Below are positions 37,153 to 51,200 of a DNA stretch of 64,000 nucleotides, in pieces. Numbering within the stretch: position 1 is the first letter of the stretch; each line of letters opens with the position of its first letter. Position numbers and translations under genes: made by a program. The stretch is from Octopus bimaculoides. Its lineage: Eukaryota. The notes beneath the pieces are model-generated. The model was not told the origin of the DNA. It made no database searches and saw nothing but the letters and a program-made list of their open reading frames with translations. The stretch lies in the NCBI RefSeq assembly GCF_001194135.2, contig NC_068990.1:18875304-18939303 (forward strand). The letters run 5' to 3'.

Positions 37153-37382
37153 ATGTATGTTGATGCGTGTATGTTAATGTGTAAGTTATCCAGTATCATT
37201 GCAAAAACATGCTAGCATCAGCACAATATTCGCGATTGCTAATAGTTATTGTATAAATCAGTGTCTAGTTTCTAGAACACTTTTGAGTTTCTTCACAGTA
37301 AAATGTTTTCGCATATACGATGGAAAATTCTAACACCGCAAATAGGTTATTAGCTGCTTAGTCAGCAAGTTCCATACACGCT

Positions 37383-37384
<2 letters not shown>

Positions 37385-37459
<75 letters not shown>

Positions 37460-37474
37460 GTGTGTGTGTGTGTG
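37385..37474. repeat. (TA)n/(TG)n microsatellite
   Basis: Direct reading. Confidence 0.95.
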
Positions 37475-38367
37475 AATGTTAACAGTTTCTTATTAATAAT
37501 TTAACGTGGAAAGAAAAGTCATTGAAGCAAAATATATATCTTATAGAATATGCAGGAAAATCGAATTCCATATAGCGGATATGATTTCTTGAAAAGCAAA
37601 TGTAAATCAATAAACAACAAAGGAACATTAATTTATTGGAGGTTACATAGGTAATCGCGTATTAGTTCATTTCATGCTAATGTATCTTTTAAAATTTAAT
37701 TGCATCGTTGGCTCAAATCTTAGAAGTTCAGCCATGCTTTACTTCAGCTATATTTCATGCTTGCTCTCGTGAAAGTTATGAAGAAATACCAAATCAGATT
37801 TTTCTACAAATGTGTAAGTCGGTTCTTCTGTAATATACAACATGAGGTCCCATGCGTTACCCTGATTCAGACAACGATTGAATATCGGTTCAAAGACCTG
37901 TAGCAATAGTGTTACTACACTTACACTATACTTCCTATAAGTAAATAAGTATTTATTTATTCCTAAGCTTGTGTGTTTTCGGAGCGAGGGAAATGAAGAA
38001 ATATCTGAAACTTAATTGGATTTGTGAGGGATACGTTACGCATGTATGAAACACGTGGGAAAACTGTGTGCGTTCGGTTGACTTCGCATTCCTTCGCATC
38101 TTAAAAATGACAACATAATGAGTGTGGACTGTACTTATCCGTCCATGCATGCAGCCATACAACAGTATACTCACATATATTCACTCATAAATATATATGT
38201 ACATCTATAATATATATATATTAGTAATACCAATAACATAGGCAAAGGCTTATAGCCAATGCCTTGTTATAATTATGTATATAATTATTAAAATATTTGT
38301 AAAATTTACCTATAAGGTTTTATTTTCGGGCTGACCCCCGTTAAAATCATTATTTTTATCCTTTATC

Positions 38368-38369
<2 letters not shown>

Positions 38370-38408
<39 letters not shown>

Positions 38409-38420
38409 NNNNNNNNNNNN

Positions 38421-38465
<45 letters not shown>
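38370..38465. repeat. (TA)n/(TG)n microsatellite with gap 38409-38420
   Basis: Direct reading. Confidence 0.9.
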
Positions 38466-38468
<3 letters not shown>

Positions 38469-39805
38469 TGCGTGAGCGCGCGTCTGTGTATAAATTCAAG
38501 CCTTCATATATATGTCTGATTGTGTATGCTTGAGTATGTACGTATATATGGTTTAATACCTGTAATTATATAGATAAAAATAGACATTGCTGTGTCGTTA
38601 AGAATTGTTACTCTACTCTTCAATATGTGGCTTCAATTTCAGATAACCTGGTTGGGTCTTGGTTAACTCTCTTCGGCGATACACTCGGGCCATCCGATTG
38701 CTCTTGAGTGACTATCGTAGATCGCAATTATATGAATACACAGATTAACATACACACGCGCACGTAATTTATTGCTATGCCAAAATTAGATGACAAAATA
38801 CGTTCTAGTCTTGAAATAAGTAGTGATGACTAATATTTTGAGACTGCCTAAAACACACCAAGTCGTTGCTCCGGCATAGCCGAAATTCAATGGTGCAAAC
38901 ATTTAAAAGAATATATACGATGTTATGTGTTTTATACGTATATAAGTTTAATATTAGTATATATATCCTCTGTGTAACAGCTATCATTACATTTCATTTA
39001 AAACTAATGTGGTATAGACATGTATCTGGAAATAAGTTTTGGTCATGACGTTTGATGTATTAAACTGGCTATTTGTGGTTGAAATGTTCTTAGTCTGTCA
39101 GGATATATTTGCATTCTAATTTACAAATAACATTTGTCATATGCAATCTTAATATAAGATTTACACGCAAACTATCTTTCGCATTTGTTCATCGGTTATG
39201 AACGGACTTGGAATGTTTTATTTAAAAATCCGCGATCATTTAAAAATAAGTTAGTATAATTGTACGGACAACAATCTCATCCATTATATGACTTCACTAT
39301 TAATTGACGAAATTCTTTTTTCACTATTTGTGAAGGCATAGTAAATTCGTAAAATGAATTGATTGTAATTTCATTGTTGAGAAGAAATATGTCTGTGTAA
39401 ACAATTAAGCCCCTTGAGGATCAGCCACTCTGTGTGTGTGTGTGTGTGTCTGTCTGTCTGTCTGTCTGTCTGTATGTGTCTGGCTTCCATTCTACATATA
39501 TTTAAATATTCACCTATCTATTTACCTGCTCATCTGCGTGCTTATTTAGTTTTTTTCCTCTTATCACTCTATATGTATATATATATATGTGTATATACGT
39601 CCTCAGATCTACTCTGACTCGGAGTGGTAGCTTCTGTTAGGGTTCTAGCAATGGGTTTATTTGAATGAGAAAGGCCGCTTCCCCGTTTCTCGTTTGACAT
39701 TCTTTCTACGAGAAGGCAATCATGTATAAAAGAAACACAAACAAACACAAAAGAGTACGTGAAAAGCAAATTGTGTTATTTTGTGTTATTCAATCTTATT
39801 TATCT

Positions 39806-39849
<44 letters not shown>

Positions 39850-40571
39850 GCTAAGTATAAAGTAAGCAACGTTTTGAAACATGAAATTCATCACAATATA
39901 TTACACACTCACACATTACAGACGCACACACCAAAACACGCACACATCCACACGTCAAAGTCATCAGGCCCTATCCACACGCGCACACTTACACACTCTC
40001 ACATACTCACACGCACGCGGAACTTCGTTTTGATATCACCAGTACTTTATTATCTCCCTTTCTTCCTACTTCTCCTGTCTAACTACCTTTGTCCAACCAG
40101 TCGTCATGATTGACCACTAAATCCACAAGTATTTTTTAAAATTCTCTCTCTGTTTATTTCCTCGTGTTCCTTTCTCACCTTCCCGAGCATCAAACTAATA
40201 TACCTGCTTATTGTTTGTACACCTGTCTTAGTCTTTTGTTTTTCTGTATATTTCAACTGTGCCTGCCAGTGTGCGTTTTAGTGAATCTCGAGTCTGATGG
40301 CTTTAAACTCATATACCCAAACCGAGTCAAATTCCGAGGTAATATTACTGTCCTTTGTCCCTTAGTCTCATACTATGACGCGTTAAAAAATTCAGCCCCG
40401 CCTAAGTTCTTAGTCATATGTGAGTCATATTACATAGTTTGTAAACATAAATGGTGTTCTTCGAGAAAATGTTGATATCAAGCGACATTGCAAACTCCAA
40501 AATATTTCGCTGAACTCCTTGAGAAGTTCTCTACTCATGCATTCACAGATACACATGTATTTATACCTATG

Positions 40572-40700
<129 letters not shown>

Positions 40701-40927
40701 ATGTGTGTATGTATATATACATATATACATGTATGTGTAGTGTATGCGTATAAATACGCACTATTATGTGTGTGTGTGGGGGGGGTGTATGTGTGTGCAT
40801 ATATACATGTATAAATATATAAATATGTATTTATATTTCTCTATATATATTAATAAAATTCAAATACACATATCACACATTTCTCTTTCTCTCTTTCAAT
40901 TAATATTTGTGAATATATACATATACA

Positions 40928-41314
40928 TTGTTGTTGTTGGCACTCCGTCGCTTACGACATCGAGGGTTCCAGTTGATTCGATCAACAGAACAGATTGCTC
41001 GTGCAATTAACGTGCAAGTAGCTGAGCACTCCACAGACACGTGTACCATTAACGTAGTTCTCGGGGATATTCAGCCTGACACAGAGTGACAGGGCTGGCC
41101 CTTTGAATTACAGGCACAACAGAAACAGGAAGTAAGAGTGAGAGAAAGTTGTGGTGAAAGAGTACAGCAGGGTTCGCCACCATACACTGCCAAAGCCTTT
41201 TGGAGCATTAGGTGTTTTCGCTCAATAAACGCTCACAACGCCCGGTCTGGGAATCGAAACCGCGATCCTATGACCACGAGTCCGCTGCCCGAACCACTGG
41301 GCCATTGCGCCTCC
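40928..41314 (-). mobile_element. Full-length SINE family B with (CAA)n tail
   Basis: Minus strand GGAGGCGCAATGGCCCAGTGGTTCGGG (A-box)...GGTTTCGATTCCC (B-box)...GAACCCTCGATGTCGTAAGCGACGGAGTGCCAACAACAACAA. Confidence 0.92.
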
Positions 41315-41379
41315 AAACATACATACATACATGCAAACATACTGCATCTGTCTGTCTGTCTCTCTCTCTCTATACACAC

Positions 41380-41390
41380 ACACACACACC

Positions 41391-41478
<88 letters not shown>
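41380..41478. repeat. (CA)n microsatellite
   Basis: Direct reading. Confidence 0.95.
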
Positions 41479-41482
<4 letters not shown>

Positions 41483-41984
41483 AAGTATAGTAAATTTCCC
41501 GATTTTGCCACATTGAATAAATAAATCAGGAATTCCTTTTTTTAGCTAGTAGATTTAACAGAAGACAAAAAGTGATTATATATTGGCAGCAATTTTATTC
41601 ATGTGTACATCTGGCTACAAATAGAGATGAAAATTACCGACAATAAATTTTAATTAATAAACCTATTTATTACCATAAAGATATAGCAAATGTATATAAT
41701 TTTCATTAATAATTATTATAGATAATTAATCTATGATATAGATTAATGATCAATTCTGCAATTCTCTTGCGAATGGCCAAGCATTTGCTTAACACTGCGC
41801 CTCTTATCCCTATAATGGAGGTTATAGTCAACCGCATCATTTTTAATAACTCTACGAACCAATAAAATTCTTTCGGAGTTATTTCATTTCATATTTTTGA
41901 AGCACATTTTGTAATGAAAAACTGGTTATTAAATTTTCCATTGTGCCAACACATTTAAGAGTTATTTCCTCTTCATTATCATTA

Positions 41985-42402
41985 TCGACATCTTTAATTT
42001 CCTCTTCCATGTCAATCAGCCCCACTGGTCAGAGGCCTTGAAAGAGACATTGTTAGTTCATTCAGCTATTCAGCAGGGATTTACAAGTGAAGTTGACTCT
42101 TAAGCTTAGCAAGTTCTGTTGTGACAGTTTGAGAAGCTATCCTGTACACAGTTTAGAAACGGTATTATATCTGGGTATCATTTTCTCCAGCATCTTTGTT
42201 TCACTGACATTTTTATCTTGTCCCAGCAGACTCCCGTATGATTGATAGCATTACGGATTCTATAACGTTTCACAACTCCTTTAGTTTTAAACACTTCTTT
42301 ATCGACTGCAATGATACTATGGTTAACAGATATCATCGTGTGATACCACTTCAAGTTTGATATTACTGTTTGATACTTTGGAAGAATTTCACATTTTATC
42401 AT
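41985..42402 (-). pseudogene. pogo/Tigger (CENP-B-like DDE_1) transposase C-terminal relic
   Basis: ILP..QTVISNLKWYH...SIIAVDKE....VVKRYRIRNAINHTGVCWDKIKMSVKQRCWRK parallels the Tigger consensus FLPP...VIxNFKAYY...AID...FWK.YNI.xAI....AWxEV.....CWRK. An acidic tail follows. Confidence 0.6.
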
Positions 42403-43107
42403 TTAGAGGTAAAAAAGATATAACTTTAATTTCAGGACAAAGACATATAATAATTTCGAATGTCTGGAAGCAATATTTCATGTTAACAATGTCTTAAATA
42501 ATAAATTACCGCAGGCAAAATAGCATTTAACTGAAGAATCAAAGTGAAAATTAAGCAACCTTGAATCGTAGCTGCGGTAACACAAATATTAGGGATTTCG
42601 CTTTTAAATTTCTGATAATATTCTTTCAAACTCTTTTGAACAGTCTAATGTGTCCTCTGTGATTGACTAGAATGGTTTTCATTTAACAGCAACTAGGTAA
42701 ATACCTATGTTACTACCAACAACTAATATGACTCTGTACTCAGATGAATGATGCCAAAGAACAATTTTATACCGAAATGACATGTTCTTTTTGGCAAGAT
42801 TTCCCAAAGCACTAGTGTCGTCACCTCATTTATCTTGTGTTATAAAACTAAACTTTTCAAGAATATCCGCTAAAGTTTCAATAAATCTTTTTTTAGTTTT
42901 ATTTCTGTAGCTATTCGTGCAGTTATATTAAGGTGATAGAAAGCTGACATTTACTTTAAATTTTCAAACACCTGAAACCCTCAAAAATCAAGAATCTGTT
43001 CTATATATTCCTTCCATTCTGTATATAAACTCATGATCTTCAGTATATTACAAGATCCACCCCCTCTCACATGCAGGGATGTGAATGTGTGTGTTTGTAT
43101 GTTTATG

Positions 43108-43144
<37 letters not shown>

Positions 43145-43493
43145 TTACAGGAAATTGAATATGGTCTTTTTCATACATCTAGATGTACATTGAAAATCAT
43201 GCACAATTCGACCATAAAATACTTATCTAGATGCCCAGTATGAAGGCATCAATTTGGTTTATAAAGGGCTCTTGTATTTAGATACTCAGTGTGGCCCCGA
43301 AATCCAACCAGTACGATCTGAAGCTGAATTTCATGGCCACCATATCAGACCTTAGTTGATGGAGAGAATATACTGAAGGCGACGTCCTGCAGTGGACAGA
43401 AAATATGTAAACCAATGCAAACTAGATACCCATAATGAACATTATTAATTCCTGGAAATGAGAGACCTTATAAACATGTTCATACTTGTTTTA

Positions 43494-44692
43494 CTAGGGT
43501 GTCAAGAAAGTTCTTGTGGAATTTTTAAAATTTTGGTTTTAAATGATGTATTTTCAAATTAATTGTCGTTAAATTCCTTTGACTTTATATATCATTTTAA
43601 AGCCAATATTTCGCTCTATCTAATCGTGTTATTCTTGTTCTTTTTGAATAATTAGTCTTCTTTTCCGGAATGTTGAATACAACATGGAGAGAAAGCAAAT
43701 ACGCTCAATTTCTTATTCCAGTTCAAGCTAGGCCGAAAAGCTGCGATATCAACGATGCGTTTGACTCAGGAACCATTAATAAACGTACAGCACAATGGTG
43801 GTTCAAGAAATTTCGTCGCGGTAACGAGTCTTGAAGATGATAAGCGTAGTGGTCGGCCATCGGATGTTGACAACAATCAACTAAGAGCGTTAGTCGAAGC
43901 CAATCCACCCACAACTGTTCGAGAGCTTGCTTCTGAATTAACGTATACGACAATTTCCAACCACTTGAAATAGATTGGAACAACAAAAATACTTGAGAAA
44001 TGGGTCCCGCACGAATTGAACGACGACCAAAAAACAAACGTCGTTTTGAAGTGTCGTCTTCTCCTTACGCAACAAGAACGACCCGTTTCTCGACCGGGTT
44101 GTGATTGGCGATGAAAAGTGGATTCTTTACGACAACCGGCGACGCTCAGTTCAGTGGTTGGACGCCGACGAAGCTCCACGGCACTTCCCGAAGCTAAAGT
44201 TTTACGAAAAGAAGGTCACGGTGACTGTTTGGTGGTCTGCGGTCAGTCTTATCCATCACAGCCTTTTGGATCCAGGCGAAATCATTACGGTGTAGAAGTA
44301 CTCTCAGACAAATGGATGAAATGCATAAGACATTCCGACAACAACAGCCAGCGTTGAGGAATAGAAAAGGACCAATTTTTCTCCACGACAACGCTCGGCC
44401 GCACGTGGCACAACTGACCCTCCAGAAGTTGAATGAATTGGGTTTCGAAACTGTGCCTCATCCGCCATACTCACCAGACCTCTCGCCTACCGATGCCGAA
44501 CACGCCTTCAACGCCTTAATCGCCACCAGAACGCAGGATTTTTACGCTACTGGCATAAATAAACTTGTTTCACGTTGGCAAAAGTGTGTTGATTCTGATG
44601 GTGTTTATTTCGATCAATAGTTTTGTTTGAGCCGAGATATGTGCATCTGAATTGAGAGGTAAAAAACCGTAAGAACGTTCTTGACAACCTAA
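43494..44692 (+). mobile_element. Near full-length mariner (D,D34D; cecropia/Hsmar1-like)
   Basis: Imperfect ~30-bp TIRs (TAGGGTGTCAAGAAAGTTCTT vs reverse-complemented TAGGTTGTCAAGAACGTTCTT). TA dinucleotides at 43492-43493 and 44693-44694. Confidence 0.95.
43684..44620 (+). pseudogene. Mariner transposase pseudogene
   Basis: MERKQIRSI...WFKKFRRG...LEDDKRSGRPS...WVPHEL...GDEKWILYDN...HDNARPH...HPPYSPDLSPTD...RWQKCVDSDGVYFDQ*. There are 34 residues between the second and third catalytic Asp. Several frameshifts, stops and an in-frame deletion after PTD. Confidence 0.95.
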
Positions 44693-46544
44693 TACCTATT
44701 TTCCATCTCCAGTAAAAGACATTTGCAGAAGAACCGGACACGAAACCATGCGTTTTCGAAGTGAACTTCGTATATATATAGTCATACCCATGTTAAGTTA
44801 TTTAAAATAATTAAAACCCCATTAGTACCAAAATAATAAAATATACAGCAATATCCTCGTTTCTAATACTGCAATGTCTAACTGCAATTAAACCATACGT
44901 AAAAGTAGTTCAAATACTGGAGTTATTACCACGAATATATTTGATGATGATACAGGACAAGAAGCTGCGAACGACTTTGCATTCCAGTTTTGCTATATAA
45001 AAATATAATCTGCATGTGCTAAATGAATATATGATATTTGAATTATCGAATATAATAGAATGAAGGAGAATTATAGACATATAAATGATAGACCTGTCGA
45101 TTAAAAATATAACACAAAATACAAGAAAATATTGACATAATATAGATATTATATGAAAGAAATTATTTCTAACAAAAACCTCTTCAACTGAAAAACTATT
45201 GTATTGGCGCATTTTGAATTTATTCATATATTACAAAATCATCGAAATAATATCGATTATTCTATAGCTGGAAAGCGTATAAAGATTGTGCTAATTAGAG
45301 CTATGCACCGTCATGCAACGCTAATTCAATCATATTATAGATGTAGATTTGTTGAAGTATCGTTCTGTATTCAGCGGAACATTTGATATGAAAATTCTTC
45401 TAACAGGAATAACTGACTCTAATATTCCCTTATTTAGATTCAATTAGGCAAAATAAGATCTAAAAACTGACCAACCAACTACCCCACTATTCAATGGGGT
45501 ATTTTCAAAAGAAAAATGAACATTTCGCATTAATACTTATCTAGAATGTACTAGATTGTTGTTATAAAAATTAATATAATCATTTATATTTATTGTATAT
45601 ATTTAAGGAATTGTGCTACAGTTGGCAATCAATAATATTGCGTATTAAACGCAGTAGAATGGTAGAGACAGCCTAATGATGCTTTGCATCAATTAGTTAC
45701 CTCCCTTTGTATAAAATAAACGTAGGTGTATTCTAAGTGGAACACAATCGAATATACTGTATATCGTACATATCTAAATGTCTATAAATACGAAATCACG
45801 CTTGTCTTGTAATTAGTGGAGTATTTATTAAATTCTTGATTTGTTAGCTACAATCATTAAACTGGAATAAGACTAATATTTGTTCTGTAGTCTGGTAACT
45901 CATTTAACTCAATCTATATCTGAGCGGAATATTTCATAACCATACACTCGTTAATGAGATTGGTTATGTAACATATAAATGGCCAGTGAATAACCAGTTG
46001 CATCTTGTTGGATGTGATATCACATCATTTCGTTAGGCTAATTAATATGAGCGATATTTTCTCTTTGATCTTCTTAATCTACACAAGAAGATGAAACGTA
46101 CAGTATTCATTTTGGATGTGAATTAACATAATTCCAAAGTTCTTCTTGTCGACACGTTCGAAATATATTGAATATTTTGCATGGTTCAATAACAATCGTT
46201 GTAAGATTTGATTTAAAGTTCAGCCGACATCGACTTCCTCTGCCATTCTATCTATATTTTCACGGTAATAATATCGATGATTTTCGGTTTTGCATTTGGT
46301 TTACAAGATTCTGAACGTGTACTCGTGTGTTGCGAAATTGTATTGGTTATTACTGGCCACTAAGCTAGTAATAATCACACGCAGTGGTTTTATGTTATTC
46401 CTTTTATTATTTTTTGTCAATTTGCAAGCATTTAACCAATTAAATAATCGAACGATTAATTTCTCCTTCGGTCATTCAATCAAACTGCTAGGTTTCTCAG
46501 TCCTTTCGTCGCCTCGTTCATGAGAAACACTCTTTACTCTATAT

Positions 46545-46700
46545 CTGCTTCAGGTCTGGCAGATTGATTTGAAGCTGTGAGTGTTTATTATGAGCATGAA
46601 GACTGAATTCAACAAAGCACGGTGAATTCTGTGAAGCAACCAATGAGTTGATGCTTCCATTTCTGGTTGAATCCTTTTCAATCCTCTGCTGGCAAATGAT
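46545..46700 (-). pseudogene. Possible hAT (Buster/Charlie-like) transposase fragment
   Basis: LKRIQPEMEASTHWLLHRIHRALLNSVFMLIINTHSFKSI loosely resembles the hAT P....THCxxHRxAL...NxV...I..VNFIKS region. Confidence 0.3.
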
Positions 46701-47378
46701 AGAAAATAGATTGCTATACATTCCAAATTTTCCACAATAAATTCGTTAACGTATTTATTATTAAATTTTGTATTTCAATATGGGAGACTTTATACCGTTG
46801 CGGTCCTCTAGAATGATATACAAATGTTAATATTTTGTTTTATTTCACCTCTCATAAAGCATTAATGTTTGAATTACTATCCCAGTTAGAAGAGATAAAC
46901 ATTTAAAGAAAGGGACACAATGGACAGATGTTCCTTGGATGCCAAATATGCAATTCATGCTTAAAGCCGTCTTCGTTACTTCCTTCGCATATTATCACCT
47001 AAGGATCAATCATGTATATTTTGAGTGTTGTTTATTGCTCGTGCTTACAAACCAACTGTAGAGGCATATCAAATCCTGTTCCTAAATTTTATCTTATGTT
47101 AATATATACTGTCATACAAAGTAAACTTATGTAAGACACACGGTGAGATTAAGCGCAACAAAATGCTCCGATTTTTATATTGCCAAAGGCATTCCACACA
47201 TATTCTATTACTGAAAGATGTTTCTCTCTATACTGGCTATTGATTTTATTATCGTACTGCATGACAGTAGGGATTGAGTAAACCCAAGTTTATGGTCCTT
47301 TCCGTCATTTACATCATGCCTTCCTTCACGAATAATCTATTTTCCAATGCTATTTTTAACTATTAAGAAAATAGCTAA

Positions 47379-47586
47379 GACAGCCAGCTTGGAAAGTTTT
47401 GGTTACTGCGCCGAACAAAATGTTTAATGACAATTTTTCCAACATTACGTTCTGAGTTCGAATGCTGCTGAGGTTGACTTTGTATTTTATCATTTTCGGG
47501 GTAATCGAAATAAATACCAGTTGAAAAACAGTCGAGTTCTCCACCCCTTAAATTTGATGACCCTATGCCAAAATTAAGAAAGGATT
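47379..47586 (+). mobile_element. SINE family A copy
   Basis: TACGTTCTGAGTTCGAATGCTGCTGAGGTTGACTTTGTATTTTATCATTTTCGGGG. Confidence 0.8.
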
Positions 47587-48126
47587 ATGGAGAGGATAGT
47601 CTGCATGATGTGAGTGCGATTCGGCTGTCATAACTAAGAGTTGGAGCGACTATTTAGTAACACAAATAGTTGTTCCTCCCTACACTGATTATTGTTGTCG
47701 TTTATCCCCAAGTTTAAGAGATAGACCTTGGGTCACACACTTGATACACCTGAGCATCTAATTTTTTTTAGAATATTAATAGCACTTTATACAAAGTATT
47801 TTGTCCTTTGTAAGAAGGTAAGAATTACGACGTATAAAATATATGACTGACATTACTAGAAGCTACGTTATTAATATCTATTAGTGGATTTATTTGAGGA
47901 ATACCATATATTCATATTGCATAAAGGGGACAAGAATAGAAGGAAATACCTTTCTGTATCTTTATCTTTCAAACATACTATCTTCTAGCTGTGTTCATAA
48001 AACACTCTCAGCAATATTTTGATATCACCGGTGATCTCTCCTGCTTCTAGTATACAACCTTTCTGTTTTAACGGGATTAAATCAAACCTATTATAATTTC
48101 CGTTAATTCATTTTCTGAATAGTTTA

Positions 48127-48330
48127 AAATCCTTTCTAGTATAGCGGCAAGACTTGAAATTTTTGGGAGGGTTTGATCTTATTTTATAGTTCCTGAAAAG
48201 AAGAAAGAGAACGTCGGCCATGGTTTAAATTTGAACTCGGCAAAATTTGAACTCAGAACGTAGCGGCAGGCAAAATGCTGCTATGCATTTCACCTGACGT
48301 GCTAACGATTCTGCCAGCTCGTCGCCCTTA
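48127..48330 (-). mobile_element. SINE family A copy with a small internal duplication
   Basis: Minus strand GGCGACGAGCTGGCAGAATCGTTAGCACGTCAGGTGAAATG. AAATTTGAACTC is duplicated at about 48228-48254. Confidence 0.85.
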
Positions 48331-49896
48331 GCACCATTTTAATATTGACAGTTATTTTATGAAATTCGACATTATTTTCAGAAAGAGGAACGAATTGTGG
48401 ATTTCTGCTATGAAACCTAAGTTTGTTAATCTCTGTGTAACTATAAGTCATACGTACTACACTATAAAAACTGTACTCACTAAGTATATTGATTAATTCT
48501 TATCGCCAGACTATCATAGTCATCCTATTGAGAAGAATTGGTAGACACTGACAGCGATTTCCAGCTCAATGTCTGGAACATAAACTTGAACCAAATACAT
48601 ACAGAAGAAAGAGATTTAAAGGAATAAATTATCTGTAGTAGAATGCTGCGATGAAGACAATAGTATGTTAGTTTGATAGGAATAATAATTGCATTAATAG
48701 TCAATCCACATAAAGTAGCGATGCGCTATAAATACGTTAACCAGGTTTAATAGTTTCAGCTTTTAAAGCCGAAACGAATAAAAGCATTTGAGACATACCC
48801 AAATAAATCACTTACATCAAGCTCCTGCACGCAATGAGAAAATACACGCAAAGTTACACACACACACACACACACACGCGCGCGCAAGGGCACGCGCACA
48901 AACATCACACACGCAAGCACTCAGAGAGAAATGTATGTATACATGTGTATCCGTGTCTGTCTGAGAATGACAATATTAGGATCATTTCAGTAACATAATA
49001 TAATGTAGAATAATAATTCAGACGCTAATGCTAGGTTATACTTCATTACGTGCATTATGCTGCCGTTTATGAAATGGCGAAGTCGTTCAATATTGCATCA
49101 TATTTCTAAACATATATTACTCAACACCGTTGTGTGTTATATTAGATATCTGAGATATTTTGTAACGATTAATTGACCATAGTTGCCATAATAAACTCAT
49201 GTAATTTCTTAAAACCTTCCAGTAGTGTTACGTTACCAATCGAAACACTGAAACAAGTTGCAATATAAATGCTTGCGTTCGGCTATTTTTAGAGAATATC
49301 ATCTTGAGGCAAAAATCATTGGTTGCAGAAGAATTATATTGAAAATATTCATGAAATTATATTAAAATGCACGAAAATTGAAGAAAATTAGCTTAAGGCT
49401 GTAATATATCGAATATTTCATATAACTATATGCGTGGAATTGCTTCAGGTGATTGACATATCTCATTCGAAAATTCTTTTTCATACTGCGCTAGAAAGAA
49501 AATTTTATTTTAATCCATAAAATTAACCCAAGTAATAGGAAGACGTGAGAGGAAAACATTATGAATGTAGCACAGTATATGGCACACTGGAATCTTAATA
49601 GTTTAATCTTCATACGTGGTTTATTCGAATATCAGGGACACATTATTCTTGCTTTTCTTACTGAACGATATAATTCTAGAGAGCCACTTTAGGAAACGAT
49701 AAACGAAGACATATATCTAGAATTGCTGTAAAGGAGGTTATCTTTTATTTTCTGTATTTCATATGCGTATTTTCAGTATTGTTTTAGATTTAGTAAGTGA
49801 TCTTATAACTACTTATTGGATACCATTCTGCATTGCTGCGTAGTCTCACTACAAAATCAGCTAAATTGGCAGAAAATGCACGATGTTTGTAATCTG

Positions 49897-50105
49897 CAGG
49901 GTGTCCACAAAGTCTGGGTACATGGGGATTAACACATACTTTAAGAAATCATGATTTCTTATATTTAATTGTTTATGATATGATTTTATTTACTCCATGT
50001 ACCCACATGATTAACACATACTTTAAGAAATTATCATTTCTTATATTTAATTGTTTATGCTATGATTTTATTTACTCCATGTACCTAGATTTTGTGGACA
50101 CCCTG
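49897..50105. mobile_element. Tc1/mariner-type MITE with an internal 82-bp tandem duplication
   Basis: TIRs CAGGGTGTCCACAAAGTCTGGGTACATGG and CCATGTACCTAGATTTTGTGGACACCCTG. TA on the right, TG on the left. Repeat units start at 49927 and 50009. Confidence 0.9.
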
Positions 50106-50867
50106 TATAAAATCAATATGTTTCTAATAATAATAAAGATCCTCCCTGAAGACAGAATTTATACGGATGTCAAGTGTAAGACATCATGTTGGATATATCA
50201 TAAAAATATGAGTGTCTATGCGAAGAAATGCCTATCAAGAATTTCCGCGTTGTTCCGATTAATTGTGGTGCAGAGTGTTGCTGATAATATATGGACACAG
50301 ATCAACAAAGTTCAAGTGGTTCTATGATCAAAAGTGCCCTGGGTGTGCCCGTTGTTTCTATGGACAGATATTTTAAGCGTTTTACCTTTTTAATGTCATT
50401 TGAGGTATATAACTGATATTTCACGTCTAGTAGTACCCAACATGCCACCTAGTAATGCATGAATGTATAATATATAATTTATAAATGTATTGAAGCTGCA
50501 AGGAAATTGTTGTACAGGGTATGAAATATCGCACCATATAAACACGAAATATTTCACATTTGAAAAGGACGCATTTAATGTTAACTTTAAAGCAGCCTTT
50601 GTATCAAATCGTAGCAGAGAAAACCCTGCCAATGTAATGCGAAGAAAAAATTATTTAGAAGTTTCGTAAAGCTTTCATTAACATTAAAGAATCATCAGCA
50701 TCATGCAAGAAATACTTCTTCGATGTTCCATGAGATTGTGAACTAATCAAATTTTTAAAATTCCTAATTTAGATTTGCCAAATTTTAAAACAGATAGGGC
50801 GTGTGAAGAACTTTGCAATTTTGTCGGTACCTCAACAAATGTAGCAGTTAATCTATATTTCCTCACT

Positions 50868-51200
50868 CTTACTTCCCAACCATATAGACCTGGGTTCAGT
50901 CCCACAGCGTGGCACGTTAGGAAAGTGTCTTTTACAATAACCTCGGACCGAGCAAAGCCTTCTGAGTGAATTTGGTAGACGGAAATTGAAAAATGCCCGT
51001 CCTATAGATATATATATATAAATCGATGTGTTGGTGTGTTTGTCTCTGTGTAACTTAGAGGTTCCGCAAAAGATACCGATAGAATAAGTACAATTATTTA
51101 AAAAGGAAATACTGGGATCGATTTATTCGACTAAAAATTCGAGGCAGTGCCTCAGCATGGCCTCAACCTAGTGACTGAGGCAAGTAAAAAATAAAAGATA
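50868..51200 (+). mobile_element. CORE-like SINE family D
   Basis: GGGTTCAGTCCCACAGCGTGGCACGTTAGGAAAGTGTCTTT...TGTAACTTAGAGGTTCCGC...GGCAGTGCCTCAGCATGGCC...GACTGAGGCAAGTAAAA. Confidence 0.88.

Noticed and set aside
43375-43415. CTGAAGG...GTCC-TGCAGT-GGAC-AGAAA hairpin
   Set aside because: Core spacing is wrong (extra bases on both sides of the stem, and A9 missing).
46554-46576. 23-nt CAG|...|GTGAGT micro-exon (VWQIDLKL); a similar one at 56679-56701
   Set aside because: Frame-shifting length, both overlap probable TE relics on the opposite strand, and such pairs are expected by chance.
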